Shown here piece after piece: positions 62,038 through 64,000 of a DNA stretch of 64,000 bases. This DNA comes from Euprymna scolopes (taxonomy: Eukaryota). Position numbers and translations under genes: made by a program. Location of the stretch: assembly GCA_053919585.1 (NCBI GenBank), contig CM132811.1. One strand, 5' to 3'. Below the pieces are notes generated by a model. The model had not been told where the DNA came from. It was given only the letters and a program-made list of their open reading frames with translations, and did not search any database. Within the stretch, counting starts at the first letter, position 1. The number at the start of each line of letters is the position of its first letter.

Positions 62038-64000
62038 TGCAACTAAGCGCATTGTGGACGCCCATTCTTATCTATCGTTCATATCTGACAAAGGTGCAAT
62101 CAGGATGTGGTGACTATGTATTAAACCAAATTCTGGATAACAAAATCTCGCCCCTTTTTATAGTATTACTTCGTTTTTCGTAGCTCGTCAACTTTTGGAC
62201 TAAACAATAGGAGGCTTTAATTTTAAAACGATTCTTGTATAGAAAATTATTAAACATAAGTTATATCATTATTTTAATAATAACTTTAAAGTATACGACT
62301 GAATTTTTTTTAAAATATAACTTGTGTAATTTTTATATAAAGTTATTGGATTATTTTTCGTGCAATGCCGGATTATGTGAATAGCAAATGTAAACGAACC
62401 AACCAATGTTCAGAAAAAAAAAACAATATAATTCATTCAATATAAACAAACACACACACAACGAAAAAGGACAGACAGTGAGAGGCAAGTCAAGCAGACG
62501 CGTGTGTTATCTCAATTCCTCGAAAATTCGTCAGCACCATCTTCTCTATATATCTTGCTTTCTCGCTGCGTGTAAGTACGAGTTTAAATATTAAATAAAG
62601 GCAGTGTTTTCATAAACTGAGTGAGTTGTGGAGTTATTCAATATATATCTGTGCGCATTTAAGAAAAAGTTCATGATAAATATTATACACGGGTTTTCTG
62701 CGCTCGCTCGTACTATAACAAAGCTAATTAGTGCATATTACAACATATTTTAATATGTATTATAAAATTTGCAAGTATTTTATGAATATAGTACCCAGGA
62801 AAAACACATTGAAAGCATAAAAATAAAGAAAAACACATTGAAAGCATAAAATTTAAAAAAAAAACACACACACAACAATCTGGAGTTAAAAACATGATTG
62901 ACAACCTATCAAAATGTGTTAACGTTTAATCAGTGCTATAATTCGGTTGTGTTTGGTGCACTTCGAGAATTTTGTCATTAAACCGATGCATTGCACATTT
63001 ATGAAAATTAAGTCTTACTAGTATATTTAGTGTGCGAAACATTGTATTCGTGAGAAAGTGAGATTAGTTGGGATTGCTCGTTCTTATGACAGATTTATTT
63101 TTATTCGTATTGTAACTAATTATATGACACAAGTTACATTTCATTTTTATATTTTCTTTATATTAGAATGAATTAATTTAAAAAGATTTACTTACGTCCA
63201 TAATTGATAACAATGAAGAACTCACAAGAACTAATAAATACTTCATAACAAAAGTAATAGAATTAAATTCACTAACGACCAGAATACTTTTAACGTATGA
63301 TAATTTTTATTTCAAAAATTTATTTCCATGTTCATATATCGCTAAAATACACGAAAAAATGGTGGTCGCAGTGACCACTTAACCTCGCGTGACCTGCTAC
63401 AGCGAAATAGTAAAAATACTTACCCTACCACTAAGACGACTCCTGTCACTCCGCATTAAACTCCACTACCAAACCATATATAATAGTTTAAGTTTAGTAA
63501 AGTTAAGCGATAATTTCAGCCGTTATGTTGTTTTTATGTGCCAACAAGACAAGGAAACTAAAATGAAATTATGTAATAAAATAAGTTTACTGTTTGCACA
63601 GACCTACTACGTTTTGTATGAATTATATATTGCTTTTATTTTTGTTGAAGAGATTTAGCATGATAACTATTCTGCATTTTACAAAACAAACCTTATACAA
63701 AGTATTTAAAAGATTTTGACATAAAATACCGCGTGATATTTCATAAAAGGGAACAACGAATAATCTACCATTCAACAAAACTATACCGTGTTTCATTCGT
63801 ATAGAAGTGAAATTATATCGAAAAATATTGTTTAACCGATTAGTTTGTCGCACTTATCTGCAAAAATTTCAATTTTTTTACATGTAATTTTGCGTTCATG
63901 AAAGAGAAAATATTATATCTACGTTTCTGAAACCTAAAATACTGGAATCTTGGGGAAAAAAAAGGAAAAATAATTTATTTTTGTGTGAATATTTATTAGT

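Noticed and set aside
62480-63460. Possible host 5' exons (GTAAGT donors near 62572 plus and 63422 minus)
   Set aside because: Isolated splice-like hexamers without ORF or other support.

Overview
This is AT-rich, (TA)n-laden animal genomic DNA, probably invertebrate (species not determinable), with eight N-gaps. I find no convincing host protein-coding gene, and most ORF-track entries are microsatellite, gap or antisense artefacts. The window is a dense patchwork of decayed mobile elements: RTE, CR1-like, Tx1/L1 and R4/Dong-like LINEs; a Gypsy fragment nested in the Tx1; DD34E Tc1/Tc3, DD37D maT and mariner elements; an intron-containing hAT-like transposase; two Helitrons; and tRNA- and 5S-derived SINE-like elements. 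The most interesting signal is invisible to the ORF track: five type I hammerhead ribozyme motifs (8245-8301 minus, 14850-14893 minus and decayed, 16507-16559 plus, 36161-36210 plus, 53888-53929 minus). Four have a distinct palindromic stem III. Three sit in Penelope-like terminal-repeat contexts and two lie downstream of tRNA-like Pol III heads, suggesting a SINE/retrozyme hybrid. Several near-perfect fold-back inversions also recur. All family calls come from manual translation and motif recognition, not database searches, and many boundaries are approximate.
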